55,532 nt of DNA. Origin: a virus (lineage: Duplodnaviria; Caudoviricetes). Positions 32,836 to 43,542 of this stretch are shown here, piece after piece. The notes beneath the pieces are model-generated. The model saw nothing but the letters and a program-made list of their open reading frames with translations. It searched no databases and was not told where the DNA came from. Position 1 is the stretch's first letter. Every line of letters begins with the position of its first letter. A program made the position numbers and the translations under genes. Location of the stretch: IMG/VR virus record IMGVR_UViG_3300015241_000005, positions 1-55,532 of that record; one strand, written 5' to 3'.

Positions 32836-34473
32836 TTATTGCGGCCTCCATACTGCACCATCACTATAATAATTTAGTGATTGGTTGGTAGTCACTAAAA
32901 CACCAGCACCAATAACACTTGTTGGAGTTACTGTGTTTACTGATGCATCTATTTTAGTCACATAAATTACATATCCAGTTAAAGACGCTGCCGATGGAAA
33001 AGTTATGGTAACATTTCCAGATGTAGCATCAACAGCCATTCTTAATACATTTGTTTTCCCTGCTATCCAATCAGTAGTTAAAATAGTATAATTAGCCGCT
33101 TGGTTTGCAACATTATCTGGCTTCACACGATCAACATAGGCCGTAGTAGATATTTTAGTGCTATTATCGTATTGTGCTTGTGATGTCGTTGTGGGCGAAC
33201 CTGATATGTTAGGATTTGTTGACCATGAAGGCAATACTCCTATGCCGCCAGAGGTTAATACAGCTCCCGTAGCTATATCTGCAATCTTTGATAAGACATT
33301 AGAGGTTGTTGTTACGTGTAAGTCTCCTACAGCATCGCTACCTATGCTCATAGTCACACCGCCTAATGTATTTGTTGATGAAGTAATAGTTTTATTGGTT
33401 AATGTTTGCGTTGTTGCGGTGCCTACTAAGGTAGCGGTTGCACTCGGTAACGTATAAACAGCATCAGCGATGTTGGCAGTTGCATCAAAAGTATATGCAA
33501 ATCCATTACTACCTATCCATGAGGGACGTGCAGATGCATCGAAATAGCTTTTTAGTGACCCAGAAGCGGGTGTACTTGGTTTCGAACTTTGCGCTACTCC
33601 TAAAATAAATCCCAATCCTCCGGTTTGTATTAATGATATAGCACCCCCCACTGTTACAACTCCGATTCTATCTATGCTGAATTTACTCACTGATCCGACC
33701 TGAAAATCAGCTAATAATTGACTACCCGAGCCTATCGATGTTTCTGTCCTATTAATTTTAAAATCAGTAGCTCCAGCAGTGCTCGTTTGGGTATAGGTGG
33801 GTGTTATATTGACCCCGACAAAAACACCCGAGCTATTCGAGACAGCTAAGGCGGCCATAGCAATAGCCGTACCCGCTGATGTGAATGGGCGGTTGTTTAT
33901 GCCAATACCAACATTCGTTCCTGTACTGGTTAGTCCACTCGCTATGAATGAACCCCCGGTAGAAGTTATGTTGCCAGAGAACGAAGCTGAATTATTGCTT
34001 GTAAGAGCACCTGTTAACGCACCGCCTGTTAATTGAAGATATCGGGCATCCCCAGTAGAATTAAAATCGGTTATACCATACCCCGATATGGTTGTAGGCT
34101 TTGTACCTATTTGGGCAAATGTATAGTCGTTGGATGCAGCAACTACGGCCCCGGTTCTACTAAATACTGAACTCACTGACCCACCACCTCCTGCTACTGC
34201 CGCTACTACATAGGCAGTACTCGCAGCTTGTGTGGTATTTGTGCCCGGCGAGGCAGTAGGTACCGTTGGTACTCCTATAAATGCGGGACTTGCCAAAGAC
34301 GCAAAAATTAAAGCAGCGCTATCTTTATCTAAAACTAAATGCCGGGTTCCCCCATTCCATAATCGATATGTTAATGATGGCACACTCAATCTTGGCATAA
34401 GTTCAAACCCTGATATTTGTGCCTTACTAAATAGCGACAAAAGTAACAAAGGAATTATTAATAATTTTTTCAT
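32836..34473 (-). CDS. Tail-fibre-like protein with a signal-peptide-like N-terminus
   Basis: Fibre repeats SPAFIGVPTVPTASPGTNTTQAASTAYV, KPTTISGYGITD and DNSTKISTTAYV. Begins MKKLLIIPLLLLSLFSKA-Q. Confidence 0.75.
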   Translation of the reverse strand: MKKLLIIPLLLLSLFSKAQISGFELMPRLSVPSLTYRLWNGGTRHLVLDKDSAALIFASLASPAFIGVPTVPTASPGTNTTQAASTAYVVAAVAGGGGSVSSVFSRTGAVVAASNDYTFAQIGTKPTTISGYGITDFNSTGDARYLQLTGGALTGALTSNNSASFSGNITSTGGSFIASGLTSTGTNVGIGINNRPFTSAGTAIAMAALAVSNSSGVFVGVNITPTYTQTSTAGATDFKINRTETSIGSGSQLLADFQVGSVSKFSIDRIGVVTVGGAISLIQTGGLGFILGVAQSSKPSTPASGSLKSYFDASARPSWIGSNGFAYTFDATANIADAVYTLPSATATLVGTATTQTLTNKTITSSTNTLGGVTMSIGSDAVGDLHVTTTSNVLSKIADIATGAVLTSGGIGVLPSWSTNPNISGSPTTTSQAQYDNSTKISTTAYVDRVKPDNVANQAANYTILTTDWIAGKTNVLRMAVDATSGNVTITFPSAASLTGYVIYVTKIDASVNTVTPTSVIGAGVLVTTNQSLNYYSDGAVWRPQ

Positions 34474-35588
34474 TACGATAGTTTATTTAAGGTAGTAATG
34501 AATGCCAATCCAGGTGTAGATGCCAAATAAGGAACTATGCAGTTATTGAAAATAGCCAGATTACCAATGTCTGAAGGGTGAATGCGCGAACCTGCTGTAT
34601 CTGTAGACATATAATTGGTAGAATTGGTTCTGTCAAAAGAGCCCGTTCCTAAATCAATCCCAAATACAACATTTGGTTTTATAGAAGCGCTCGCTGTGAT
34701 AATTTCTGCTATTGCTGCCCTATATTGCACATTCAAAGCCTCTGTAGTGTTATTCTCATTTAATGTAGGCGCAAGTAATAAAATAGGAGCATTACTTTCA
34801 TTGTAAAACAATAAGTCTACAATTTCATTAATATTAGCTTTATAAGCAGCTTTTGAATTACCTATAATTGCAGAATCATTAGCCCCCAAAGCTATTACAT
34901 ATAAATTTGTTTTACTATCTAAATAAGTTCCGTTTCTAAAATAGGGCATATGGTCGTTGGTTGAAGAACCTGAAACTGACCTATTTGTTGGTATTGAAAT
35001 ACTTACGCCTTGTTTTCTGAGTTGATTTTTCATCAACTGGATATACATATTTTCAATTCTGGTCCCCGATGATCCATTATTTATGGAATCACCAACCATT
35101 TTAGTACGTATTTTGGTATTCTTAATAACCTCATCCTGCATGGTATATCCAGTATAATAAGCTGTTATAGCTGCATCGGTTGTTGCTGCATCTAACCATT
35201 TATAAGTATATATACCAATGGTATCTGCATTTCTAACTACCAATCCTATTTTAATATAAAAAGATTGATTTGCTGCAATTACAATAAATTGATTAAACTG
35301 CGGGAAATTGTTAGTTGCTGTCTGTAATGAAATCCTGAGCAATAGGGATATATTTGAGGTTATCCAAATCCCTCCAACATAATTAGAATATGGAAATGAT
35401 GGGGATAAAACAGAAAACCTATATCCCGATACTGTATTTGCATCTACAGTTGCTTTAGTTATTGTTGTTGCTACAGCAACAGGTTGTAGACCACTTCTTA
35501 TGATTGAATAGTCTGACATCGATTGATTTAATTCTGATTTAAATATATCCCCATCTGGATTATTTACTGCTAATGCTGCTAATGCCAT
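34473..35588 (-). CDS. SGNH/GDSL esterase domain protein
   Basis: GDS, SGS, GAND and IHP blocks in the C-terminal half. Confidence 0.85.
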   Translation of the reverse strand: MALAALAVNNPDGDIFKSELNQSMSDYSIIRSGLQPVAVATTITKATVDANTVSGYRFSVLSPSFPYSNYVGGIWITSNISLLLRISLQTATNNFPQFNQFIVIAANQSFYIKIGLVVRNADTIGIYTYKWLDAATTDAAITAYYTGYTMQDEVIKNTKIRTKMVGDSINNGSSGTRIENMYIQLMKNQLRKQGVSISIPTNRSVSGSSTNDHMPYFRNGTYLDSKTNLYVIALGANDSAIIGNSKAAYKANINEIVDLLFYNESNAPILLLAPTLNENNTTEALNVQYRAAIAEIITASASIKPNVVFGIDLGTGSFDRTNSTNYMSTDTAGSRIHPSDIGNLAIFNNCIVPYLASTPGLAFITTLNKLS

Positions 35589-35591
35589 GAT

Positions 35592-37268
35592 TTAATTTGC
35601 TTGTTGAGGTACGTTTCTAATTAATATTCCATTATAAAATAAATACTCTGTTGGATTTCCACCACCATTGACTTCATCAGCCTTTACATAAAATATCTTA
35701 TATGCTGATCCGGATAACTGTGAAGCCATTTCCGAATAACTATTTACAGTTATGAGTTGAGTGCTTCCGCCTCCCGATGATATCCCTGAAATGCCTCGAT
35801 ATCTTATTTTTATATATTCTCCTGTATTTATATTATCTTGAAATACTACAACACCTGTTGTAGTATTTACTGTTACTTGATTACCAATAGGCGTTCCTGA
35901 TGTTACGAAGTATTCTATTCCATCGCGCCAAACGCCGTCTATATATTTATTAACAATATTAGCACTTGTAAACGTGGCGCTCGTTCCGTTCCCCGAATTA
36001 TATGTAATACTGCCTGGGGAAAGTTGTCCTATGAGTTGATGCAGCAATGCCGTAGAGGCTAATTTTGTAGTACTATCAGTTTGTAACTCGGTTACCCCCG
36101 ATATAGATCCATTAATTAAGCCCGGAGCAGTTCCCGTAAATTTAAATGCATATCCTTTATCCGAATTAATATCTGTTCTAAAACTCGCATAATCTGTAGC
36201 CGTTGTTATGGTATGCTTATCCCAAAATGCAGATGTCTGTCCGGTCGATAACCCTGTTTGATTTATATTACCTTCTACATTTATAGTAGCATATTTTACT
36301 TGATTTGTATCTGAAACTATTAAAGAATCCTTAAGCTTTAATAATGCTGTTATTTTCCCATTTATAAATCGTCTTTGACTTGTATCTGATCCGGGAGCGG
36401 CTGGCAGAAGTGCTACAGAATATAATAGGTTAGATCCCGATGGTGCTGTAATTAATATGGGTTGTGTATTATTAAATCGACTAATTCTATTTATATTTAA
36501 ACCGCCTGCGTGTAAGGAGGCTACGCCGCTGAATCCAATTAATGCAGAAAAATTTACATTCCCTTTAACAGTTTGCGTTGGCCCATTTAAATGCAATAAC
36601 TTCGCGAATGCAGCTGCAGTATCCGCAATGTTAACTTTTTTTCCCATAAGGCTATCCACATATCCCCAATTAGGTATCCATAAAGAATCAAGATGGCCTA
36701 CTGCTGAATAACTTCCCCCATATGAGACTCCTTTATTACCTTTACTGTCTTTTAAAATAATCGAATTTGTAGTATAACCAATCGATGCATTATCTCCAAA
36801 AGAAATAAATTGATCATTATTTGTATTGTTTTGTAATCCAAAAAGTGTCCTGGATGGTGTTATTGCAAAACCAGCAGCAAAGTTATTAGCAGTATTACTT
36901 AAAGTCACACCAAATGCTGAACCATTAATTAGCATTTGTGAAACAGTATTAATAGAGTTATCTGTTAAGGAAAAAATAACTGCTTTTTGATCGCCAGAAA
37001 ATATAGTGAATGGGTTGGTTAATAGGCCTCCCCAATCAATGGTTCCTGAATTATTGGTTAATCCATTACCTGGTATAAGCCTATATTTTGCTAAACTATC
37101 ATCTAAACTATAAAGTGTATTCGATCCCCATAACCATCTTATCTGTTTAGCCCCAGAAAAAGATCTTGTCTGCGGGGTAACTGGCGGCGAACTCGACCAA
37201 GGCGTAGTCTGAGAAAAAGCTTGTATAGAAAAAAGTAAAACGCAAAATATCAAATAAATTCGTTTCAT
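35592..37268 (-). CDS. Fibre/adhesin-like protein with a signal-peptide-like N-terminus
   Basis: MKRIYLIFCVLLFSIQAFS-Q. N/S/T/G-rich, with a DSTTKLASTA fibre motif. Confidence 0.65.
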   Translation of the reverse strand: MKRIYLIFCVLLFSIQAFSQTTPWSSSPPVTPQTRSFSGAKQIRWLWGSNTLYSLDDSLAKYRLIPGNGLTNNSGTIDWGGLLTNPFTIFSGDQKAVIFSLTDNSINTVSQMLINGSAFGVTLSNTANNFAAGFAITPSRTLFGLQNNTNNDQFISFGDNASIGYTTNSIILKDSKGNKGVSYGGSYSAVGHLDSLWIPNWGYVDSLMGKKVNIADTAAAFAKLLHLNGPTQTVKGNVNFSALIGFSGVASLHAGGLNINRISRFNNTQPILITAPSGSNLLYSVALLPAAPGSDTSQRRFINGKITALLKLKDSLIVSDTNQVKYATINVEGNINQTGLSTGQTSAFWDKHTITTATDYASFRTDINSDKGYAFKFTGTAPGLINGSISGVTELQTDSTTKLASTALLHQLIGQLSPGSITYNSGNGTSATFTSANIVNKYIDGVWRDGIEYFVTSGTPIGNQVTVNTTTGVVVFQDNINTGEYIKIRYRGISGISSGGGSTQLITVNSYSEMASQLSGSAYKIFYVKADEVNGGGNPTEYLFYNGILIRNVPQQAN

Positions 37269-37286
37269 AATGCTAAAGATAATTAT

Positions 37287-37796
37287 TTATAATGTTTTTA
37301 TTTCATTAATTTTTGCGCTTGTTATATTTAAACTTATATCACCCGGAGTATATGCGCCACCCACAGCAGCAATCGCAGCAGCAATCGCAATTAATTGGTC
37401 TTGCATTTTTACAATTTGAGCCTGCAATCCGGCATTAAGAGCAGCATACCTAACCGCGTTATCCGCGTTACCACCTATCTCATAGGTACCATCCGCTTTC
37501 ATCCAGGTGTAAAAAACTTGTGAATAAGTTTTACCATCGGGATTAAGTTTCATTGCAAACATGCGCTTTTCTCCAGGGGCGGCAAGCAAATTTATATTAA
37601 GGCATCCTATTATTATCGGCTGTTCATCTGATTCAGTCTCGGCATAGATCACGTCCATACCTTTAAGTGGTACACTATCGTCTCCAAAAGGCGATATCTG
37701 TTCCGCTGTGGATGCCCCATTTATCGTAAAAGCTTTAACCAGGCGCTGCCCAATTGAATTTAAGGTGCTATCAAAAAATTTACCTAATGTGATCAT
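37287..37796 (-). CDS. Baseplate spike (Mu gp45-like)
   Basis: PFGDDSVP...PGEKRMF pattern; follows the hub gene. Confidence 0.7.
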   Translation of the reverse strand: MITLGKFFDSTLNSIGQRLVKAFTINGASTAEQISPFGDDSVPLKGMDVIYAETESDEQPIIIGCLNINLLAAPGEKRMFAMKLNPDGKTYSQVFYTWMKADGTYEIGGNADNAVRYAALNAGLQAQIVKMQDQLIAIAAAIAAVGGAYTPGDISLNITSAKINEIKTL

Positions 37797-38887
37797 CCGA
37801 ATATATTTTGAGGCTCATCGCCAGTAAATGTTTCTGCCAATACTAATACCCCTGTCATGGTTTTACGTTCTGAGCTTTGTTGTATCACCGTGCTTTCCAA
37901 TACCATACGGGCGGTATTATTTATGAATATTTCCGGATTAAGCACTTCTATGATATCACCCACACTTATCTTTTCCCAATGATCAAGCGCGAATAAAACC
38001 CTGATATTTTTAAGTTCTGCGGCCCGCATATTAAGCGCGGCCCTGTTAGTATCGTAAAATGACAGTTTTGTTAAACGTCGAACCAGAGGGCGGTAAGCCA
38101 AGACCAAAGGATTTTTAACAGTATTAATTGATTCTATCTTAAAGATTCTACCCTGCCCATTCGATTCTGCATCAGGATTTGTTATTTGGCCATTATCCTC
38201 TTCGCCTTCAAATGAATTTTCACCTTTACTTCGGGAGGGTTGCCTGAGGCAAGTAATATCACTATGTATCTTGGTACCATCTATAGCTAACTCCATTTCG
38301 AGAGTATTCTCGCCGGTAAGCGTAAGTTTAGTCGGCGCGGAAATATCGGGTCTGAACAAAATCACATTACCGTGGATATCGTGACTGATCACAACATTCT
38401 TTTGATTAGCTACTTTACATAAATAATCTTTTATAGTTTCATCAACTTTAGCTACTGTCTTGGCGATTAACTGCAATGATTCTTTTGCCACAACGGGATA
38501 AGTAATCGCATTCAAATGGAAAGGAGTAATTAGCCGGGCCACAATCTGCGCTAAGGTTCTATTATTGCTTTCGAGAGGGTATAGTGAATACGGAATTTGA
38601 CAATCATCCAAAACGCCAGGTAAGCTATACCCTGATATCTGTACAAGATTATTTTCTTTAGAAGATTTAAAACTATGGTGAGTGATAGTTCCAGTCATGA
38701 TCAAGCCATCATCATGAAAAAATTCTATTTTATAATAACTGAGCGGTTTAAAAAGTACTTTATGATCAGGATTATTTTGATCATAGAAAGCTGTAAAAGT
38801 AAAAACGCTGGCAATCGTATCCAGGGTCGTACTGATTACGACAGCATTAAAATAATTATAAAATTTATCGTTTACTTTAATGGTCAT
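37793..38887 (-). CDS. Baseplate hub (Mu gp44/gpP-like)
   Basis: LIMTG...ISGYSLPGVLDDC...SHDIHGNVIL pattern and size. Confidence 0.8.
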   Translation of the reverse strand: MTIKVNDKFYNYFNAVVISTTLDTIASVFTFTAFYDQNNPDHKVLFKPLSYYKIEFFHDDGLIMTGTITHHSFKSSKENNLVQISGYSLPGVLDDCQIPYSLYPLESNNRTLAQIVARLITPFHLNAITYPVVAKESLQLIAKTVAKVDETIKDYLCKVANQKNVVISHDIHGNVILFRPDISAPTKLTLTGENTLEMELAIDGTKIHSDITCLRQPSRSKGENSFEGEEDNGQITNPDAESNGQGRIFKIESINTVKNPLVLAYRPLVRRLTKLSFYDTNRAALNMRAAELKNIRVLFALDHWEKISVGDIIEVLNPEIFINNTARMVLESTVIQQSSERKTMTGVLVLAETFTGDEPQNIFG

Positions 38888-40113
38888 ATGTAATATTTTA
38901 TCTGTGTTCCCTTTGGCACCAAAAATACGCTACTATTTTTCAGATTATTAATTGTTCGAAACGTTTCGATATTTGCATCGGCAACATCCAGACCCATATA
39001 TTTATGTGTCAGCACTACTAATTGCGCATCTACAGTAAGCAATACCAATCGTTCTACTTTTGCGTTAAATGCTACTGTATTTAAATTATAAAGTGCTTGC
39101 AATACAACATCCTGCAAAGCGGTTTGAGTTTCTTGGCTGGCACTGAAGGAGTTATTGATATCACCAATCTCTACATAAGAGACATCAAGAATAATGAGAT
39201 AATCTGCATACATATCTTGCAAATTATTTGCTACAGCTACGACCTGATCCCGGGTAATATAATCACCCGGAAGTGGAGTTGTTATAGCCTGAGCCAAAGA
39301 ACATACAGAGATACCGGCAATTGTCTCAAAGAAAGCTTTATTATTTTTTGTATTAGCATCAGTTAATAGTCTAACCGCGCTGTTATAAATGGCTCCGATC
39401 ATTTGAATACGCAAACCTACGGAGAGCTCAAATTTAGATGGTTGCAATATTACATTGTGCACAGCTGTAATAGCATCAACCGGGGCCAGTATCAAATTGT
39501 TAACCGTATCCATCATGGTATTCACATCAGTAATAAAACTGGTGTAATTTATCTGGTCAACTGATTTCTTGATAATAGCTGTAATATCAGTAGCAAAGTC
39601 TGTAGCCATTGAAACATCAGCTGGCTTCAAATTTACTTTGGAAGCATAATTAATAGGAGATATGGTGTGAAAGATAGTTTGTAGCTTAACTACCTGATCA
39701 GCTGTAGCAATAAATACTACTGGAAAAGTTGTCGTAATAGTTTCCCAAAAATCTATGGTTATCTCAGTAGCATTTAATTTAGCATCATTACGCCGGATAC
39801 TGATAGGTTGCCCGGTAATGTCTCCATATTGAGGATGCCTTACTACCCAAGCCCGCGGGTCATTAGCTGACTTATCAAAAGCATCTGCAGTTTCAATATT
39901 TTGCGCACCCTGGAAATAAAATATCAACTCGAACTTGCGGGCTCTAACTAATTTACGGGTAATAAGCGCCCCTGGCTGATCTATAAATTCAAAAGTTGCC
40001 GCGTTAAATTCTTTTATAGTTTCATAGTTGACTGGTAGGTCGGGGGTATATAGCTTACCGTCACCAGTCCGGATAGTAAAAATGGTATTTTCAACATTAT
40101 CTTGCCAGCCCAT
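38884..40113 (-). CDS. Mu gp43/gpN-like DNA circularisation (tail) protein
   Basis: FEFIDQPG...VRHPQYG N-terminal domain and a LysM-like C-terminus (VPKGTQI). Confidence 0.75.
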   Translation of the reverse strand: MGWQDNVENTIFTIRTGDGKLYTPDLPVNYETIKEFNAATFEFIDQPGALITRKLVRARKFELIFYFQGAQNIETADAFDKSANDPRAWVVRHPQYGDITGQPISIRRNDAKLNATEITIDFWETITTTFPVVFIATADQVVKLQTIFHTISPINYASKVNLKPADVSMATDFATDITAIIKKSVDQINYTSFITDVNTMMDTVNNLILAPVDAITAVHNVILQPSKFELSVGLRIQMIGAIYNSAVRLLTDANTKNNKAFFETIAGISVCSLAQAITTPLPGDYITRDQVVAVANNLQDMYADYLIILDVSYVEIGDINNSFSASQETQTALQDVVLQALYNLNTVAFNAKVERLVLLTVDAQLVVLTHKYMGLDVADANIETFRTINNLKNSSVFLVPKGTQIKYYI

Positions 40114-40171
40114 AATTTAATTGAATCTTATACAATTATAAGTATAATAAATGCTAATGCGATTACCTTTC

Positions 40172-40930
40172 TTATCTCCAAAGACGGTTAATTTGTTTTT
40201 GCGCTTCTATATTAAAATACATGGGTATTCTTATAGTAGTTTTTTCGGCAGCTTCCCGGCTAAAATGTGTAGCTGATATTTCTTTATTGCTTCCAGATCT
40301 GCTAACATAAATAAGTTTGGACCTGATTTTAATTTTACCTTTTTTAGATTTAGAAATGCCTGTAACCAATCGATAGAAATTACGGCCATTAATTTTTACT
40401 TTTTGAAGCTTTCCCATACTAAGCGCCATATATGCTGCCGCTACAATTCTGCTTTTTGCAGTACCATTATGGGTAAAAACACCTTTGATCGTATTGGCGT
40501 TCTTCCAGCGTCTTTTACCAGCTACAGTATTATCCAGACTACCTCCTGTACGAGCTGCTTTCAAATAATCTAAACCTTTATCTATTTTGCCTCCTTCTTC
40601 CTGGATTTCCATATTAGCAACCGCTGTACGAGCCTTCAGTTCGTTCTTACCGCCTCCTTCCGCAGTCATGCCTACTTCGGCCTGCATGGAATTTATATTC
40701 CATCCTGTGGCCCTATTGACCCCTGAGAACCTTTTAAAGAATGTAGGGGACCGCCTGATAAAGTTTTTAGTAGCTGATTCGTCGAGCGTACGTGTCTTAA
40801 CATCAAAAGCCGCGGCATTAAGTGTACCTCGGATTGCCAGAGGTAATGCCGATTTATGTAGTTGTTCCAGTTTATTCACCAGCACTACACAAGCCTGTGT
40901 ATTAACATTAAAAACATTTTGCATTGCCAT
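40172..40930 (-). CDS. Basic minor tail/neck protein (gpZ or HK97 gp10-like)
   Basis: Highly basic, AIRGTLNAAAF; within the structural operon. Confidence 0.5.
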   Translation of the reverse strand: MAMQNVFNVNTQACVVLVNKLEQLHKSALPLAIRGTLNAAAFDVKTRTLDESATKNFIRRSPTFFKRFSGVNRATGWNINSMQAEVGMTAEGGGKNELKARTAVANMEIQEEGGKIDKGLDYLKAARTGGSLDNTVAGKRRWKNANTIKGVFTHNGTAKSRIVAAAYMALSMGKLQKVKINGRNFYRLVTGISKSKKGKIKIRSKLIYVSRSGSNKEISATHFSREAAEKTTIRIPMYFNIEAQKQINRLWR

Positions 40931-41685
40931 TATACAAAATATAAATCAATAATTTGAGAAGGCCAATCAGTTGGTGATGACATTCCCGATATTATGCGCG
41001 TATCGGCAATATATGCCGGCATAATCATTTTCTGCTGATTATCACCATCACCATTAGTCACATACATTGTTAAATATTTTGGAACTGTAGGAACCACGGT
41101 GGTAGTTAACGGTAAATAAAAGAATGGGTCTGATCCTAAAATATCACTCGCTGAAAAAGATAAATGCCCAGAAGCCGGAGTACCACCTCCAAAACTATAT
41201 GCTTTTACGCCAACTTGATTTAAAATTAATAACAGTTCATCACCCGAATTAAATCCAGTAGGCGAGGTAAATGGATAAGAAGGAGAAGATGTTGAGCCTT
41301 TAAAAGTATAGGTTACCGCCGGGTTATATGTACCTGCTACTTTTGCAAATATAAAATATTTATCCGGTAGCTTTGTAATATCCAAGTTAAGCCCAAATGT
41401 AGTGCTGGCAAGCGTTAAATTCTGTTCAATATCATTTTGAATATTAGGCAATTTTTGTAAAGCGGAAAGAAATTGATAGGTTGTAGCTTCATTATCTGGA
41501 ATACCATTAGTACCTCCCAATACTACATCTATTATTTTAAAAATATTTACCAGTACATCATTATAAACCTGTTCTACAACGGCTGTGCCTTGTTGAGATC
41601 CTGTCTCATTAATAATAGAGCCATCTGGATAGTCAGCATTTATTAATATAGGAGTTAATAACTGATTATCTTTTAGTGATCTCAT
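40930..41685 (-). CDS. Tail fibre/baseplate-anchored protein 2
   Basis: N-terminus paralogous to that of 41682..42734 (YPDG...DNE...YQF). Confidence 0.65.
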   Translation of the reverse strand: MRSLKDNQLLTPILINADYPDGSIINETGSQQGTAVVEQVYNDVLVNIFKIIDVVLGGTNGIPDNEATTYQFLSALQKLPNIQNDIEQNLTLASTTFGLNLDITKLPDKYFIFAKVAGTYNPAVTYTFKGSTSSPSYPFTSPTGFNSGDELLLILNQVGVKAYSFGGGTPASGHLSFSASDILGSDPFFYLPLTTTVVPTVPKYLTMYVTNGDGDNQQKMIMPAYIADTRIISGMSSPTDWPSQIIDLYFV

Positions 41686-42734
41686 AATTGAACTACCTCC
41701 AAGTGTACTTTTAAATTTTGAATAGAAGAAGTTATTTCAACAATTGACCAGGAAAAAGTAGTTGATGTTAACGGTTTAAAAACCGGAGAACCTATATCAT
41801 TGTCGAAATTGATATTACCCGCTGATTCAATTGATGAGTTGACCTTAAAATTTACACCGGTCATAGCGTGCGCAAATGTAACCAATACTATACTTTCGCC
41901 GGTAGCTGTTAATGTAACCTGCGCCGAAATTATATCTCCTGAGCAAGTTAAAAAGGTGCCAACGGGCGTTCCATTCACATCTAATCCTGTAAACCAACCT
42001 ATGTTCTTTATGGGACTTGAAAACCCATCAAGTGCGGTTTTATCAGCAGCGGACATTAGTCCTGGCGTACTATGCGTAGCAAAATAAGGAATCGCTGCGG
42101 TAGAATCTGTTACGCGTTTCGTAAAAATGTATTTATTACTTGCGGGAGTTGTAGCCAATGTAACTGAAGTTCCGGTATCCTCAGCTGCGTTGTTCGCTGC
42201 TTTCAGATAGGCATTTTCATTAACTACAACGTTTATATTATCCGCTGTAACAAGCCTGATCAGCTGTACTCCACCGGAAGTACGAACCAGCATTACATAA
42301 TCTCCGTTTTTATACTGGCTTGTAAGCGCTATATTCAGCGCGGTAGGTCCGGTACCTTTAATTTGGGTTTCTGTGGCATAATCCGCACCCGCTTTGCAAA
42401 TTAGTTTTTCATTAAGTTGCAATATCTGCAATGCTGTAGGTATTTGTAGAACACCAGTAGTCGTAGTAAGCGGTAATATAAAATCTGATTTTGAAGCCAG
42501 CGCTTTACAAGCTTGTACAAATTGATAACCATTAACTTCATTATCAAAGTCAGCGTTAAAGGTAAGACCAGCTAAACGCATCAGTTTATCAAAAAATTCA
42601 TAAATATCACTGGTTGTAACCTGTATAAGCGGAAAACCGTCACCAGTACCCGAATCATCTTTAACCTGCCCATTCGGGTAAGCTGTAAGATTTGAATCAT
42701 CAATATTCGCCTGGGTATTTTTACTGATTGCCAT
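41682..42734 (-). CDS. Tail fibre protein 1
   Basis: Follows the gp48-like gene; GLMSAADKTALDG fibre motif. Confidence 0.75.
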   Translation of the reverse strand: MAISKNTQANIDDSNLTAYPNGQVKDDSGTGDGFPLIQVTTSDIYEFFDKLMRLAGLTFNADFDNEVNGYQFVQACKALASKSDFILPLTTTTGVLQIPTALQILQLNEKLICKAGADYATETQIKGTGPTALNIALTSQYKNGDYVMLVRTSGGVQLIRLVTADNINVVVNENAYLKAANNAAEDTGTSVTLATTPASNKYIFTKRVTDSTAAIPYFATHSTPGLMSAADKTALDGFSSPIKNIGWFTGLDVNGTPVGTFLTCSGDIISAQVTLTATGESIVLVTFAHAMTGVNFKVNSSIESAGNINFDNDIGSPVFKPLTSTTFSWSIVEITSSIQNLKVHLEVVQL

Positions 42735-42743
42735 GCCTTAAAT

Positions 42744-43541
42744 TTAAGTAAAATTTACAATTAAAAAAGCAACTGTATGCGCAGGTTTTAATTTTAATAT
42801 TAAACGCCTGAACTCTGTCTGCCTGTATTGACTTACATTAGCTAATGTACTTATAGTTTCCCCTGAAATAAAAAAAGTAGGCCATAAATTACCACCTAAA
42901 TTATATTGCTCTGGTCTTTCCTCATTAGCTACTACTTGGTAAGAAGCGCCGCCTAATTGCGTTTGTGATCCTAATTGCGTTTGTGGCGCTATAAATCGTA
43001 ATTGCGTTGTTGCAGTAACTGTCCCTAATATATCAGCAGGTGTTTTCTGATAAAGATTGCCCCCACCATCAAAAAAAATATTTTGATAAACACGCACATC
43101 AAATCCGGCCTGCCTGAGCATTCCTTCTATGTACGTAGGTGATTGCCGGCCCAATAAGTTTTGCGGAAACGCCATGGCCTGATAAATATTAGCCATGCGC
43201 TGTTGCAGAGTAAGCGAAGCATTAAAAGGTATTCCGTACCTGTATTCCCACAAATCTGCGTCTCCCGAATCGAAATTTATATTATCGGGGAATGTCGCAT
43301 CTATAGAAGCCGCAGCATCTAAAGCCATTTGTACCAACGAAAGATTTATACCGGCATGTAGCGCTGCAAACTTACCTCCTTCCGGGAGATTCCATGCCCG
43401 TCCGGTAGGATAAAGGAGAGCCACCATCTTAAAGAAATCTACCTGAGTAATAGTGGTAGTTTGTGGGAGACGATGCGGCGTACTGAGCCCGTGTGGGGTG
43501 TTTAAACCATGTTGCGTGCTATCGTCAGTTACCTGATACAT
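42744..43541 (-). CDS. Baseplate wedge (Mu gp48-like)
   Basis: LYPTGRAW, WEYRYGI and LKPAHT motifs. Confidence 0.85.
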   Translation of the reverse strand: MYQVTDDSTQHGLNTPHGLSTPHRLPQTTTITQVDFFKMVALLYPTGRAWNLPEGGKFAALHAGINLSLVQMALDAAASIDATFPDNINFDSGDADLWEYRYGIPFNASLTLQQRMANIYQAMAFPQNLLGRQSPTYIEGMLRQAGFDVRVYQNIFFDGGGNLYQKTPADILGTVTATTQLRFIAPQTQLGSQTQLGGASYQVVANEERPEQYNLGGNLWPTFFISGETISTLANVSQYRQTEFRRLILKLKPAHTVAFLIVNFT

Positions 43542-43542
43542 C

